Shown: in pieces, positions 12,693 through 26,373 of the stretch
Position numbering within the stretch: the first letter of the stretch is position 1
Layout of the letters: each line of letters opens with the position of its first letter
NCBI GenBank assembly: GCA_951406725.2
Contig: OX597827.1
Coordinates: 20,398,001-20,462,000, forward strand
Direction: 5' to 3'
Length of the DNA: 64,000 nt
DNA from: Octopus vulgaris
Lineage: Eukaryota
The notes under the pieces: model-generated
Seen by the model: the letters and a program-made list of their open reading frames with translations, nothing else
The model's database searches: none
What the model was told of the DNA's origin: nothing
Made by a program: the position numbers and the translations under genes

Positions 12693-13130
12693 AAGAAATA
12701 AGAAAAGTGTTATGTATGTGCGCGTGTGTTAGAGAAAGTGAGAGAGAGGAAGAAAGAGAAGACGTAGAAGGAAGATGTTTACAGAATATAGAAGAGGGTG
12801 GAAGGAGAAGGAGGTGGAGTAAAGAGTGATTTGGGAGGAGTGAAGAGGGAGAGGGAGAGAAATAGAGATGAGTCTGCTATAAGAGATATTCACGCTTAGA
12901 TGGGGGAACAAATATGCAAATGACGAAAGGCGTTCACTAAATGGGCGGGGCCAAGTTGAAGATAACGAAAAGGAGATGAAAAGAAAAGAGGAAAGAATTA
13001 GAGAGAGAAACAGGAAAGAAAGAGAGAAGAGGGAGAGAGAATTCGAATGGAAATGGTTTGGTTTCTCTTTCCATGAACTCACTAAATATAAACAAAATGG
13101 AAGTTGGAGGTTCTGTGTTGGTGAAGATTT

Positions 13131-13546
13131 GGATCTTTTCTGTTTGAACGGCAGTTTGTAACATAATTTCTAGGTAACTAAAAAATTTTAAACTTCGTAT
13201 ACTGGTAGAATGTGTTTATAAAACATCTTTTTCTCTTGGCTTTATTGAGAAAATTCTATAGTTTGTAAGATGTTTGTTGTTGTTTTTTCTTCAATTTCTG
13301 CAATTTCAACCAATCAATGACATTCATTGAGGTAAAAACATTCTGTGCCGTATGAATATGTCCCTGGTTTAAGAAACAGATTGGGTTTATTTACATTTGG
13401 GAAGAAAAAAGATACCCTCCCCCCCGCCCCTAACCCTAACCCTAAAATAGATAGAAATGCAATAGATCGATACTAGGGTCATAATTATGGGTGACAATTT
13501 CATACGACACCGCTAGAAAAAACTGCTGTTCAAACCGAAAAGATCC
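13131..13546 (+). mobile_element. GGATC-TIR MITE, full copy without a recognisable TSD
   Basis: Both TIRs present; (CCCTAA)3 inside; flanks GAAGATTT and TTCAAATT do not match. Confidence 0.85.
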
Positions 13547-13685
13547 TTCAAATTCACCACAGCTGCACAATAATATGTAGTATGGATGTATGATTGGTTA
13601 AAAAAAGCCGTTTTACGACCACCTAGTCCTGGGTTCGATCCCACTCAAAAAGCAACTTGTGTATCTTTATCGTAGCCATGAGTTG

Positions 13686-13726
<41 letters not shown>

Positions 13727-13784
13727 CGCAGAACTGTATAATATACATTTTTACTCAGCCAATATTAGGGTGTGTATACTACAT

Positions 13785-14391
13785 CAGTACTTCTCAAACT
13801 ATCTGATGTGGTGTACTACAGTTTTTTTTCCCAATGTGCCAGGAACCGGTAATATTTCTTAGTAATATTCATTTATACCGGAAATAATATATCTAATCTG
13901 TTGTGTCTGGGGAGAGTCATTTTCTTTTTGTGCATTATAATTTAACACACTCACCGGTAAAATTTCCACTTATTTCTTCTTTTTTTTTCCCTAAAACTTT
14001 CGTTGCGTCTTGCAACCTTTTCAAGAGTCAGGACTCTTGAGAAGACGCAACGAAAGTTTTAGGAAAATAAGAAATAAATGGAAATTTTACCGGTGAGTGT
14101 GTTGAATTATAAAGCACCAAAAGAAAATGACTCTCCCCAGACACAATATTCTTCAACACACGAACTCACATAAAGAATCTTGCAAACCAAATCCAAAAAC
14201 GAAATATATTTAATGAATATAATAAAAGTCGACAATTTTTTTTTATCTTATATTTATTTTGTAAACAAATAACACAATATTACATAAGCGTTTTATAATG
14301 TTTCTTTCTTTTCTGGGAACTCGCCGAGTACCGGCGGCTGATCACCCGTAGACCGGCACCGGTCCGCGGGCCACCACTTTGAGTAGCACTG
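13785..14391 (+). mobile_element. hAT (Charlie-like) MITE carrying a nested palindromic insertion
   Basis: TIRs CAGTACTTCTCAAA and TTTGAGTAGCACTG; degenerate 8-bp TSD TACTACAT/TGCCACAT. Confidence 0.7.
13901..14146. repeat. ~120-bp-arm palindrome (Penelope-like pLTR fold-back)
   Basis: 13901-14029 is the reverse complement of 14032-14146 apart from indels; the insert is bounded by AATATATCTAAT/AATATATTTAAT. Confidence 0.85.
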
Positions 14392-14770
14392 TGCCACATG
14401 ACATGCGCCGCAAAGTGTTTCCCCGTCTTTCAAAATCTCGTAATGAACGTCTTTCAAGTTCCAAACTACAGGACCATGTTTCCAAAGAAACGTCCACACA
14501 TCTTTTTTTTGTTTTATCCTTGTTTGATTTGTGTGCTTATTACTAAATTGGTTCCAGCTCGGCAAACCTTAGCACACACAAGCAAATGTTTTCGTTTGCT
14601 GTTTTCCATATACAGGAGCACAAGTTCCAGCTGAGCTGAGCAAGGCATTACCTGTCACTGAAGAGTCGAAATAACACCTAAACACAATGTCAGGTGGTCT
14701 TCTGTACTCGGTTCGATATGTGTGTATGTGTGTGTGTGCGTGCGTGCATGTATGTATTACGTGCTTGCGC

Positions 14771-14858
<88 letters not shown>

Positions 14859-15604
14859 ATTAATCAGCCGAAATTGCGAAGATGATCCGGTTCTTGACTG
14901 AAGATTGAAGGCTTCGAATGTCCCGTACGTGTTTTTTGTGTCGCCTTCTAAATGTTTCACGTTCTTGTCCCAGTTTGTATTTTTTTACTTTTACATATAT
15001 ATATATGTTGTTGGCATCCTTTTGTCTCAGGAGACAATGTAGTTGCGCATCTGTCACTTTTACAGCAGTACTCAAGTGTCCTCTCCAGTTTTGCGCAGGC
15101 CTGGGCTACTTGTAAGAAAATCCTGAGTAGCCCAATCGTCAGGATTCCTCTCACGACCTTGCTGACGTAGTCCAAAGTAGTGTGAGAACATTACGTTTGG
15201 CACCAGCTTGGTTGCAGGAGCTGCCAGAAGAGTGTAGAGTCGAACACTAAACTGCCTACGAGGCTCCACTCGCACTTCTTTGAAGGTTGTCTCGTGGCTG
15301 TCCTGGAAGGGAAGATTGTTACTGCTGTTTAACCCCAGGAAACATCGTTTTCAGCTGGCTATACAGCACAATCTCTGTGTTGCTGGAAACGACTAAACAA
15401 CACTAGCAATCTTCCCTTCCAGGACTGCCACGTTATGTTGGCAAATAGCCTTTACTCTAAAGAACTGTTACTGCAATATCTCTCTCTGGAGAGATTTAGA
15501 AATAATAATGTTTCTATTTATTTAGATCAGTGATTGTGTGTCACTTTGAAATCTATATATTTGCAAACGGTGAGTTCAGCAGCGCCACCTAGCCGAGCAG
15601 CTAT

Positions 15605-15647
15605 TCTGTGCTGAGAAAGGGCAATGACCCAGAAACCGGTCTACAGA
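15605..15647 (+). ncRNA. Putative minimal type I hammerhead ribozyme motif (variant core)
   Basis: TCTGTG-CTGAGAA-AGGGcaatgaCCCA-GAAA-CCG-GTC-TACAGA: 6-bp stem I, palindromic stem III ACCGGT, GTC triplet. The core deviates from CTGANGA. Confidence 0.55.
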
Positions 15648-15789
15648 TGTTGTTTTATTTTGTTCGATAATATAAGGACACAGAGATTGTGCTGTATAGG
15701 CAGCTGGAAACGATGTTTCCTGGGGCTAAACAACAGTAACAATCGTCCTTTCCAGGACAGCCACGTTATGTTGGCAAATACACTTTACT

Positions 15790-15929
<140 letters not shown>

Positions 15930-15930
15930 G

Positions 15931-16189
<259 letters not shown>

Positions 16190-16331
16190 AGTAAAGTGTA
16201 TTTGCCAACATAACGTGGCTGTCCTGGAAATGACGATTGTTACTGTTGTTTAGCCCCAGGAAACATCGTTTCCAGCTGTCTATACAGCACAATCTCTGTG
16301 TCCTTATATTATCGAACAAAATAAAACAACA

Positions 16332-16374
16332 TCTGTAGACCGGTTTCAGGGTCATTGCCCTTTCTCAGCACAGA
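16332..16374 (-). ncRNA. Putative minimal type I hammerhead ribozyme motif (mirror copy)
   Basis: Minus strand TCTGTG-CTGAGAA-AGGGcaatgaCCCT-GAAA-CCG-GTC-TACAGA with a perfect 4-bp stem II. Confidence 0.55.
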
Positions 16375-16970
16375 ATAGCTGCTCGGCTAGGTGGCGCTGC
16401 TGAACTCACCGTTTGCAAATATATAGTTTTCAAAGTGACACACAATCACTGATCTAAATAAATAGAAACATTATTATTTCTAAATCTCTCCAGAGAGAGA
16501 TATTGCAGTAACAGTTCTTTAGAGTAAAGGCTATTTGCCAACATAACGTGGCAGTCCTGGAAGGGAAGATTGCTAGTGTTGTTTAGTCGTTTCCAGCAAC
16601 ACAGAGATTGTGCTGTATAGCCAGCTGAAACGATGTTTCCTGGGGTTAAACAGCAGTAACAATCTTCCCTTCCAGGACAGCCACGAGACAACCTTCAAAG
16701 AAGTGCGGAGTGGAGCCTCGTAGGCAGTTTAGTGTTCGACTCTACACTCTTCTGGCAGCTCCTGCAACCAAGCTGGTGCCAAACGTAATGTTCTCACACT
16801 ACTTTGGACTACGTCAGCAAGGTCGTGAGAGGAATCCTGACGATTGGGCTACTCAGGATTTTCTTACAAGTAGCCCAGGCCTGCGCAAAACTGGAGAGGA
16901 CACTTGAGTAATGCTGTAAAAGTGACAGATGCGCAACTACATTGTCTCCTGAGACAAAAGGATGCCAACA

Positions 16971-17060
<90 letters not shown>

Positions 17061-17156
17061 GCGCAAGCACATAATACATACATGCACGCACGTACGCACA
17101 CACATACACACACATATCGAACCGAGTACAGAAGACCACCTGACATTGTGTATATA

Positions 17157-17199
<43 letters not shown>

Positions 17200-17208
<9 letters not shown>

Positions 17209-17630
17209 TAATAAATAAAACATATGCATATATATATACATTTATGTACGTACCTACCTCTACATGTATATATACACGTATATATGAGTACAGGACACCA
17301 AAAAAACGTCGAACACAATGAGAAACGAAAACATAGACACAAACACAAGGAACTGGACATTTTTCTTAAACAATAAAAAAAAAATAGAGTACAGGACAAA
17401 TAACACAAGGAAAAAAACCCTTCTTCAGTCGCCATGGTTTCATCTACTCTACGTTTCGAAGGTGAAGGCGAGACGTATCTTCAATAAGAAACTTTCCTTC
17501 CTGCGAAAAGCAAATCAAATAAAATTTGAGATCTTTTTGCAGAGGGGTAAAATGGTAACAAAACCAGGACAGTAACGACTGTACAAAATATAAGCAGTAA
17601 AAGACAGGACAAGGAAAATAACAAGACAAG
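17200..17630 (-). repeat. Dispersed repeat (probable Penelope-like pLTR family B), inverted partner of 19410-19930
   Basis: GAGTACAGGACACCA...GAGAAACGAAAACATA matches the reverse complement of 19737-19790; similarity continues across the segment. Confidence 0.6.
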
Positions 17631-18259
17631 AAGGGCTGTTAACGCCGAACGAAAAAAAGTATTACGAACGCTAATTTCTGTGAACGGCGAACGGAGCAAT
17701 GTATATAAATATGTGCGTGCGTGCGTGTGTGTGTGTGTGTGTGGCTATGTATGTACGTTTATATATATATAGGTATGTGTGCATATGTATGAAACTTATG
17801 TAACTGACAGCTGCACAAATATTTCAGAGTTATTACACTTTTCGAATAGTAGGGGCTTATTTATATCGAGAAAATATGTATATCGTTGCATGTGTGTATG
17901 TGTGTATAAGTCGTCTAAGCGTCCATAATCCAGGGAAAAAGCACTCGTATGTCTGTCAACAGAATGGGCATATTATCCGAAGTGTACAGTATTGCATATC
18001 CATTACAGCTGATCTTACCAATTGGTTTCGTGCTAAGGATTCAATAGAATGTTAGCTAAGAATCTGATTATGTAACCCTACGCTCATCAGAGATAGCCGA
18101 TATGGAATGAAATATGGCGTCGCAACATTAAAACCAAAGGAAACATATGTGCAGCTGTACTTTCCTTGGTCTTAATGTTGTTACTTATCTGCTTCTCAAA
18201 TGTGGTGCTCTCTTTCTACTGCACCTGTTTTCACTTAGAGTAGTGAGAAATTACCAGTA

Positions 18260-19080
18260 TTATTCCTTGTTCAAAACGGGTGACTGCACATCGCCTGTCA
18301 GTTATTGATCAGTCACTCTCAGCGGTTGTATAGCCAGACTGACGAATTCCTGTGTCAGAGACACCCTGGAATTTTTGGAACTCCCATAACCTTAACTGAC
18401 CCTCACATTTTGGAATTCTCCTTTGCTCTTGTTTTTGTGACCGAATCATCTTAAAGACATCACTCAAGTCACAGATGGTCGATTATAGGTACGTGTTATC
18501 TATTTCAACTTCACCAAGGCCTTTAATTATGTGCCACACGAACGGTTTGTGGCGAAGTTCTCTGCAATGGGTGTGAGGGCTAATCTTTATAACCAGATGA
18601 AGCCAGTCATTCTTGGTGAAAAAGAGGTCGTTGCCTTGATAGGACAACACTCTTCACCTTACGCGACACCATTTGATGTCCCACAGAGATCTATTCTTGG
18701 TCTTCTATTATTTGTTGCCTGCATTAATGAATTAGATGTCAACTTGGAACATATTACAGTATTAATATACACAGACAACATTAAGTTGTACGTTGAGATA
18801 AAAAGAACGGATTCTTGCCCACATTCTGGCCTAGACTCGATGCAGTAATACATTGTAGACTAGCACCTCAAGCTGTCTGTAGACAAGTGTACTACTCTAC
18901 ATTTTGGGAGGGAATTCTCCCACTTCATCCACAACACCAACCTTAAGCAGTCTGCCAGTGAACATGACCTTGACACTACTGTCAACAATGATCTGTGGTG
19001 GACGAACCCCAATACTAAAATAGTCAAAAGGATCGAAGATGTCTTAGCATCACTCAATAAGATCTTTGTCAGCCTTTGTC
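18260..19080 (+). pseudogene. Degenerate CR1-group LINE reverse transcriptase
   Basis: YFNFTKAFNYVPHE (DFxKAFDxVPH), DVPQRSILGLLLF (GVPQGSxLGPLLF) and IYTDNIKLY (YADD) motifs, with stops and frameshifts. Confidence 0.8.
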
Positions 19081-19162
19081 TCCGATTCTCTCTCTCTCTC
19101 TCACTCTTTCTCCCTCTTCTCCAAGTAAGTTTTTATTTGAATAATCATGACGCGCACTCTTA

Positions 19163-19786
19163 CTCTTTACTTGACCTTTCCTCCCTGCCTGTCTGTCTTC
19201 CTCTCTACTTGTCTCTCTCCTTATTTTTCACCCTTCTGGTTTCTCCCCCCCTCTCTCTCTCTCCTCATCTCTCTGGCCGTTGACCAGAGGGCTACTAAAA
19301 CTTTCTTTCAGCTTCATGCTTCAACAAGCACACATCGACTTCCCTGTCTTTCGCAAGCCGATTTTTCTCATGCGTTCTAATTTTTCCACCGTCTAGGCCT
19401 AAAAAAGCCCTTATTGTTGGTTCCCTGTCCTGTTATTCTTTATTTGTGCTGTTTTTTCTACTGTTTTTTCTTCATTTGTATTGCTTTTACGTCCTGTTCT
19501 TGTCACTTGTTTTACCCCTTTGCAAAAGAATTTTACTTAATTCCTTTTGCAGGAAGGATTGCTTCGGTCTGGCCGTGTTCTGCCCTTACCTTCGAAACAC
19601 GCATTGAGCCGAACCAGGGGCAGCTGATAAAGGGGAATTTTCCTTGTATTGTTTGTCCTGTACTCTGTTTTTTCGTTGTTAAAAAAGTCTGTTTCCTTTT
19701 TTCGTTGTTAAAAAAAGTCCGTTTCCTTGTTTGATTTTATGTTTTCGTTTCTCGTTGTGTTCTACGTTTATTTGTGGTGTCCTGTA

Positions 19787-19853
<67 letters not shown>

Positions 19854-19925
19854 ATATACATGTAGATGTAAGTATGTACATATATGTATGTATATATGCA
19901 TATATTTTATTTATTTATTATATTG

Positions 19926-19963
<38 letters not shown>

Positions 19964-20000
19964 CAATTAAGGACAACTACTGGCATGTATGTATAATGTC

Positions 20001-20066
<66 letters not shown>

Positions 20067-20092
20067 CATGTATATATACATACATACATACA

Positions 20093-20128
<36 letters not shown>

Positions 20129-20157
20129 TACATACATATATACATGTACATACATAC

Positions 20158-20224
<67 letters not shown>

Positions 20225-20996
20225 GAGGTTCTATCTGTAAAGCTGTATAATGAGATCCGCAAGCAANNNNNNNNNNNNNNNNNNNNNNNNNNNNNNNNNN
20301 NNNNNNNNNNNNNNNNNNNNNNNNNNNNNNNNNNNNNNNNNNNNNNNNNNNNNNNNNNNNNNNNNNCTCTTTACTTGACCTTTCCTCCCTGCCTGTCTGT
20401 CTTCCTCTCTACTTGTCTCTCTCCTTATTTTTCACCCTTCTGGTTTCTCCCCCCCCCCTCTCTCTCTCTCCTCATCTCCCTGGCCGTTGACCAGAGGGCT
20501 ACTAAAACTTTCTTTCAGCTTCATGCTTCAACAAGCACACATCGACTTCCCTGTCTTTCGCAAGCCGATTTTTCTCATGCGTTCTAATTTTTCCACCGTC
20601 TAGGCCTAAAAAAGCCCTTATTGTTGGTTCCCTGTCCTGTTATTCTTTATTTGTGCTGTTTTTTCTACTGTTTTTTCTTCATTTGTATTGCTTTTACGTC
20701 CTGTTCTTGTCACTTGTTTTACCCCTTTGCAAAAGAATTTTACTTAATTCCTTTTGCAGGAAGGATTGCTTCGGTCTGGCCGTGTTCTGCCCTTACCTTC
20801 GAAACACGCATTGAGCCGAACCAGGGGCAGCTGATAAAGGGGAATTTTCCTTGTATTGTTTGTCCTGTACTCTGTTTTTTCGTTGTTAAAAAAGTCCGTT
20901 TCCTTGATTTTTCGTTGTTAAAAAAAGTCCGTTTCCTTGTTTGATTTTATGTTTTCGTTTCTCGTTGTGTTCTACGTTTATTTGTGGTGTCCTGTA

Positions 20997-21063
<67 letters not shown>

Positions 21064-21135
21064 ATATACATGTAGATGTAAGTATGTACATATATGTATG
21101 TATATATGCATATATTTTATTTATTTATTATATTG

Positions 21136-21173
<38 letters not shown>

Positions 21174-21213
21174 CAATTAAGGACAACTACTGGCATGTAT
21201 GTATAATGTCCTC

Positions 21214-21245
<32 letters not shown>

Positions 21246-21246
21246 C

Positions 21247-21280
<34 letters not shown>

Positions 21281-21340
21281 CATGTATATACATACATACA
21301 TACATACATACATACATACATACATACATACATACATACA

Positions 21341-21374
<34 letters not shown>

Positions 21375-21375
21375 C

Positions 21376-21432
<57 letters not shown>

Positions 21433-21471
21433 GTTCTATCTGTAAAGCTGTATAATGAGATCCGCAAGCAA
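19163..21471. other. Assembly gap (100 N, 20267-20366) flanked by a ~1.1 kb direct duplication
   Basis: 19163-20266 recurs at 20367-21471 with mostly microsatellite-length differences; both copies end or start exactly at the gap. Confidence 0.9.
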
Positions 21472-21769
21472 TGTGTGCTGCCAATGTGTGCTAGAATGGT
21501 CGCTCTGGAAGTAGAGAAAAATAACAAAATGATAGGCAAAGATAGATATACACACACGCAAGCACACGTCCACATACACACATATACGCGCACACACACA
21601 CATCCTCACAACACACACAAGCGCATATACATACATATACACAAATGCTTACGACATACTCAAACATAAGCACATGCTCACACACATGTGCATACACATA
21701 CAAACGCACACGCACACGCACCACGTACGCACAGATATACACGCACAAGCATACACACACAGACGCATT

Positions 21770-21811
<42 letters not shown>

Positions 21812-22393
21812 CATGCATACCCATACATACACACATCCATCTCTTCCTATTATTCTCTTTTCTCCTCCTCCTCCTCCTCCTTCTCAACTCCCCTCCACCT
21901 CCCCTTCCTGTAGTTTCTCTTTGTTTTCTCTCCGCTCCTTTTTAATCTTCGAACACAACCCCACCCTCACTTCCCTTATTTCTACCCCCCACCCCCGACT
22001 CTTAATCTGTTTCTCATTTCCTCTTTTTTTCTTTCTCTTTATTCATTACCTTCTCTCTCTCTCTCTCTCTCGTCTCCATCCTATCTTGTCTCCCCTTTTC
22101 CCCCTCACTCACTACTTCTCTTCCCCTCACCCCACCTCTCTTATCTTTCTTCCTCACTCTCACTCCTGTCCCCTCTCTCACTATATATAACTTCCTCCTC
22201 CTTCGCCCCATTACACTTTAATCTCTCTCTCTCTCTCTCTCTCTCTTAACAGCCTCACTTAACTTCCCCGACACTCTTCCCATTCCCCTTCTATAACTTT
22301 CTCCTCTCTCTCTATTTCCCTCATTTTATCATTTGTACACTTGCTTTTTCCTTAACTTCCCCTTCCCTCTCTACATACGTATGTTTATATATG

Positions 22394-22501
<108 letters not shown>

Positions 22502-24065
22502 TATATATGTGTGTGTTATAAGTATATATATATATATGTGTGTGTGTGTATGTATATGTATATATATATATACATGTTATATATATATATATATATACAC
22601 ATGTTATAAGTATATATATATAGATATATATGTATGTGTATGTGTATGTATACACACACACATTATTATATATATATATCCATCTCTCCATCCAGCCATT
22701 TATCCATCCCTCCGTCCGTCTATCTGTCTGTCTGTCTCTCTGTCTCTCTCTCTCTATCTATCTATCTGTGTGGGCCTCTCTCTCTCTACTCTTTATCAGT
22801 TTCTTTTCCAGTCCATCCCGCCCCTCTCTCTCTCTCTCCCTCTATCACTTCCACTACCACACTTCCCCCCTTTCTCTCACAGATTACCACACGCACGCAC
22901 GCACACTTCTTACTGCACACATACACCTAATACACACACACACAAACAGTTGTTCCCTAATGTTTGCCGTTTAAATAACAACTCCAGTTTTCGCCAAGTG
23001 GCAAATTGTTTCTCTGTTGTTATTTCGCTGTCGGTGCCAGCTTTGGCCTGCCATTGCTTGCCATCCTAACGTCGGCTGGTTCGCTTCCTCTCGCATCTGT
23101 CAAAAATCTATCCACGTTACCACATCACAGCCAATAATGCTGCGGATTCAGCTCATACAAAGTGGTCTGTAAGTAACCTTTATGAATATCACTACAGCTT
23201 TTCCTGTTGTTCTTCTTGTTCTTCTCATTGTTGCCGACTTGTTGAGGGAGACAGGGAAGCAGGTCGGAACCCATAGTCGAGCAACCGTGTTTAGTTTTGC
23301 CTCACTTGATTTTGTTTTCGAATTCCACCCACGTCCAGCTTCTTACATTTCCTCCGCTGAAAGTCTTGCTATATACATACATACATACATACATACATGC
23401 ATACATACACGCATACATACACACACACATATACATACATACATTCACACATACATACATACATGCACACACACACATACACAGACATATACATAATATG
23501 CGCGCACACACACACACACACACATAGAGATATAGATATACACACATACACGCGCACTCGCGCGCACACACACACACACACACGCACACAGATATAGAAA
23601 CACACACCACGCGCACTCGTACAGAAATACACACAGGCACACACACACACGTGTAGAAATATAGATACACACACATACACGCGAGCTCTCTCTCTTACAC
23701 ACGCACACAAACAAACACATATAGAGATATAGAAACACACACCTACATGCGCACTCGCACACACACACTCACTCCCTCACACACACAAACTTAAGAATGT
23801 TTATAGGGTCCAAAATACGTCTTCGTGGTGGCCTTTCAAACTTAAGCAATACCAGTGGACTTCGACACACTGGTTATTTGTCATGCAATTTCAATTATAT
23901 ACGTGTAAATGGTGGTGGTGGTGGTGGCGGGGGTGGTGGCGTTTGTGTTTTGGACTGGAACCAGTCATTGGACTGCGGCCATACTACAGTAACTCGACCC
24001 ACGTGTCAACAGATATCCGAGTTGCGTTAGCAAAGTTTCAGTATGATATATCTATCTATCTATCC

Positions 24066-24129
<64 letters not shown>

Positions 24130-24138
24130 CTCTCTCTG

Positions 24139-24185
<47 letters not shown>

Positions 24186-24244
24186 GTACGTGTGTGTGTA
24201 TATAATTATATATACATATACATATGTACGTGTGTGTGTGTGTA

Positions 24245-24285
<41 letters not shown>

Positions 24286-24339
24286 TGTACGTATGTGTGT
24301 GTATAATTATATATATATATATGTACGTGTGTGTGTGTG

Positions 24340-24392
<53 letters not shown>

Positions 24393-24519
24393 TATATGTA
24401 TGTGTATATACATAATGTTACAGAGAAATAAAGCCTGATATTAGATGTTCTGTGCAACAATGCAATAAAGTGCCCCCTGTTTATGTAGATAGAAATAAGT
24501 AAGTACGTACACGCGCTCG

Positions 24520-25398
24520 CATACATACATACAAACATACATACATACAAACATACATACATACATACATACATACATACATACATACATACATACATAC
24601 ATACATACATGCATACATACATACATACATACATGCATACATACATACATACATACATACAGACAGACATACATACATACAGACATACATACATACAAAC
24701 ATACATACATACATACATACATACATACATACATGCATACATACATACATACATACATACATACATACATACATACATACATACATACATACATACATAC
24801 ATACATACAAACATACATACATACATACATATATACATACATACATACAAACATACAAACATACATACATACAAACATACATACATACATACTTACATAC
24901 ATACATACAAACATACATACATACATACATACATACATACATACATACATACATACATACATACATACATACAAACATACATACATACATACATACAAAC
25001 ATACATACATACATACATACATATATACATACATACATACAAACATACAAACATACATACATACATACATACATACAAACATACAAACATACATACAAAC
25101 ATACATACAAACATACATACATACATACATACATACATACAAACATACATACATACAAACATACATACATACAAACATACATACATACAAACATGCATAC
25201 ATACATACATACATACATGCATGCATACATACATACATACATACATACATACATACAAACATACATACATACATGCATGCATGAATGCATACATACATAC
25301 ATACATACATACATACATACATACATACATACATACATACATACATACATACATACATACATACATACATACATACACACATACACACATACATACAT
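24520..25398. repeat. Very long (CATA)n/(CAAA)n microsatellite
   Basis: ~880 bp of tetranucleotide repeat; source of the YVCM/HTYI spurious ORFs. Confidence 0.97.
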
Positions 25399-25520
25399 AA
25401 TATTTAACAATTATCTTTTACTTGTTTCTGTCATTCCACTGCGGCCAGGCTGGGGAAAGCGCCTTGCAGAGTGTAATATACATTTATATGCGTAGAGAAC
25501 GAAGCACACATTGATCGTCG

Positions 25521-25636
25521 GCTTACAGCTGTTTCCGCTATAGGATGCAGTTGACTCAAAGTTGAGTCCTTGAAAGCTGTTAGTCAGAAACTCAAGTACG
25601 AATTCACCGCATTCCATAGCGGAAACAGCTGTAAGC
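25521..25636. repeat. Short fold-back with 21-bp perfect arms containing a hammerhead 3' half
   Basis: GCTTACAGCTGTTTCCGCTAT ... ATAGCGGAAACAGCTGTAAGC. Confidence 0.8.
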
Positions 25637-25869
25637 TAATGAAGTTCATTAGATAATCCTTTACTCCGGCGTCAGCCTCACGTGCCAGGGATACGTAAAT
25701 GCACCCATTACACTCTCAGAGTGGTTGGCGTTAGGAAGGGCATCGAGCTGTAGAAAACCACGCCATATCGGATTGGAGTCTGGTACAGCCTTCCACCTTA
25801 CCAGCCCAGAGAAACCATCCAGCTCATGCCAGCAATGGACATTAAATGATAATGATACACACACACACA

Positions 25870-26237
25870 CACAAAATACATCCAAGACTTGGACCCCGTG
25901 CCATCCGTCCACAACAAAAATCTAAATCGCATCTCATAACAACAATACGGCACAATTATTTCACCTCAATTGGACCCGCTCTCTTCAACATTACACCAGG
26001 ACACGTCAAAACAGAAACTGACCACACAAAATTCAAGAAGTCTTTAGACAAATTCCTTCAAACAGTTCCGGACAAACCACCCACACCCGGATATGTCTCC
26101 TCAAACAATAACTCTCTGCTCGAATGGGCCTTGGTGCCCAAATCCTGAATTGAAAGACTTCGCCAGGTGGTGCTATTAAGTTAGACATGGCCTGGGCCAA
26201 TACTGGCCAAAACCTTTCTAAGTTATTCTAAGTTATT

Positions 26238-26240
<3 letters not shown>
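25870..26240 (+). mobile_element. 5'-truncated CR1-group LINE 3' end
   Basis: SIGPALFNITP...FKKSLDKFLQTVPDKPPTPGY..NNNSLLEW then stop at 26148, a short 3' UTR and a (TTCTAAGTTA)n tail. Confidence 0.75.
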
Positions 26241-26285
<45 letters not shown>

Positions 26286-26287
26286 TA

Positions 26288-26368
<81 letters not shown>

Positions 26369-26373
26369 CACAC

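Noticed and set aside
14654-14680. CTGAAGA-GTC-GAAA just outside the large palindrome
   Set aside because: There is no room for stem II and no stem I or III pairing; it could be chance or a deleted remnant.
19163-21471. 1.1-kb tandem duplication
   Set aside because: The copies abut a round 100-N gap exactly and differ mainly in microsatellite length, which indicates an unmerged contig or haplotype overlap.
24248-25495. Long YVCM/HTYI ORFs (also 57921-58547 and many IYIY or CVCV ORFs)
   Set aside because: They are translations of microsatellites with no coding complexity.
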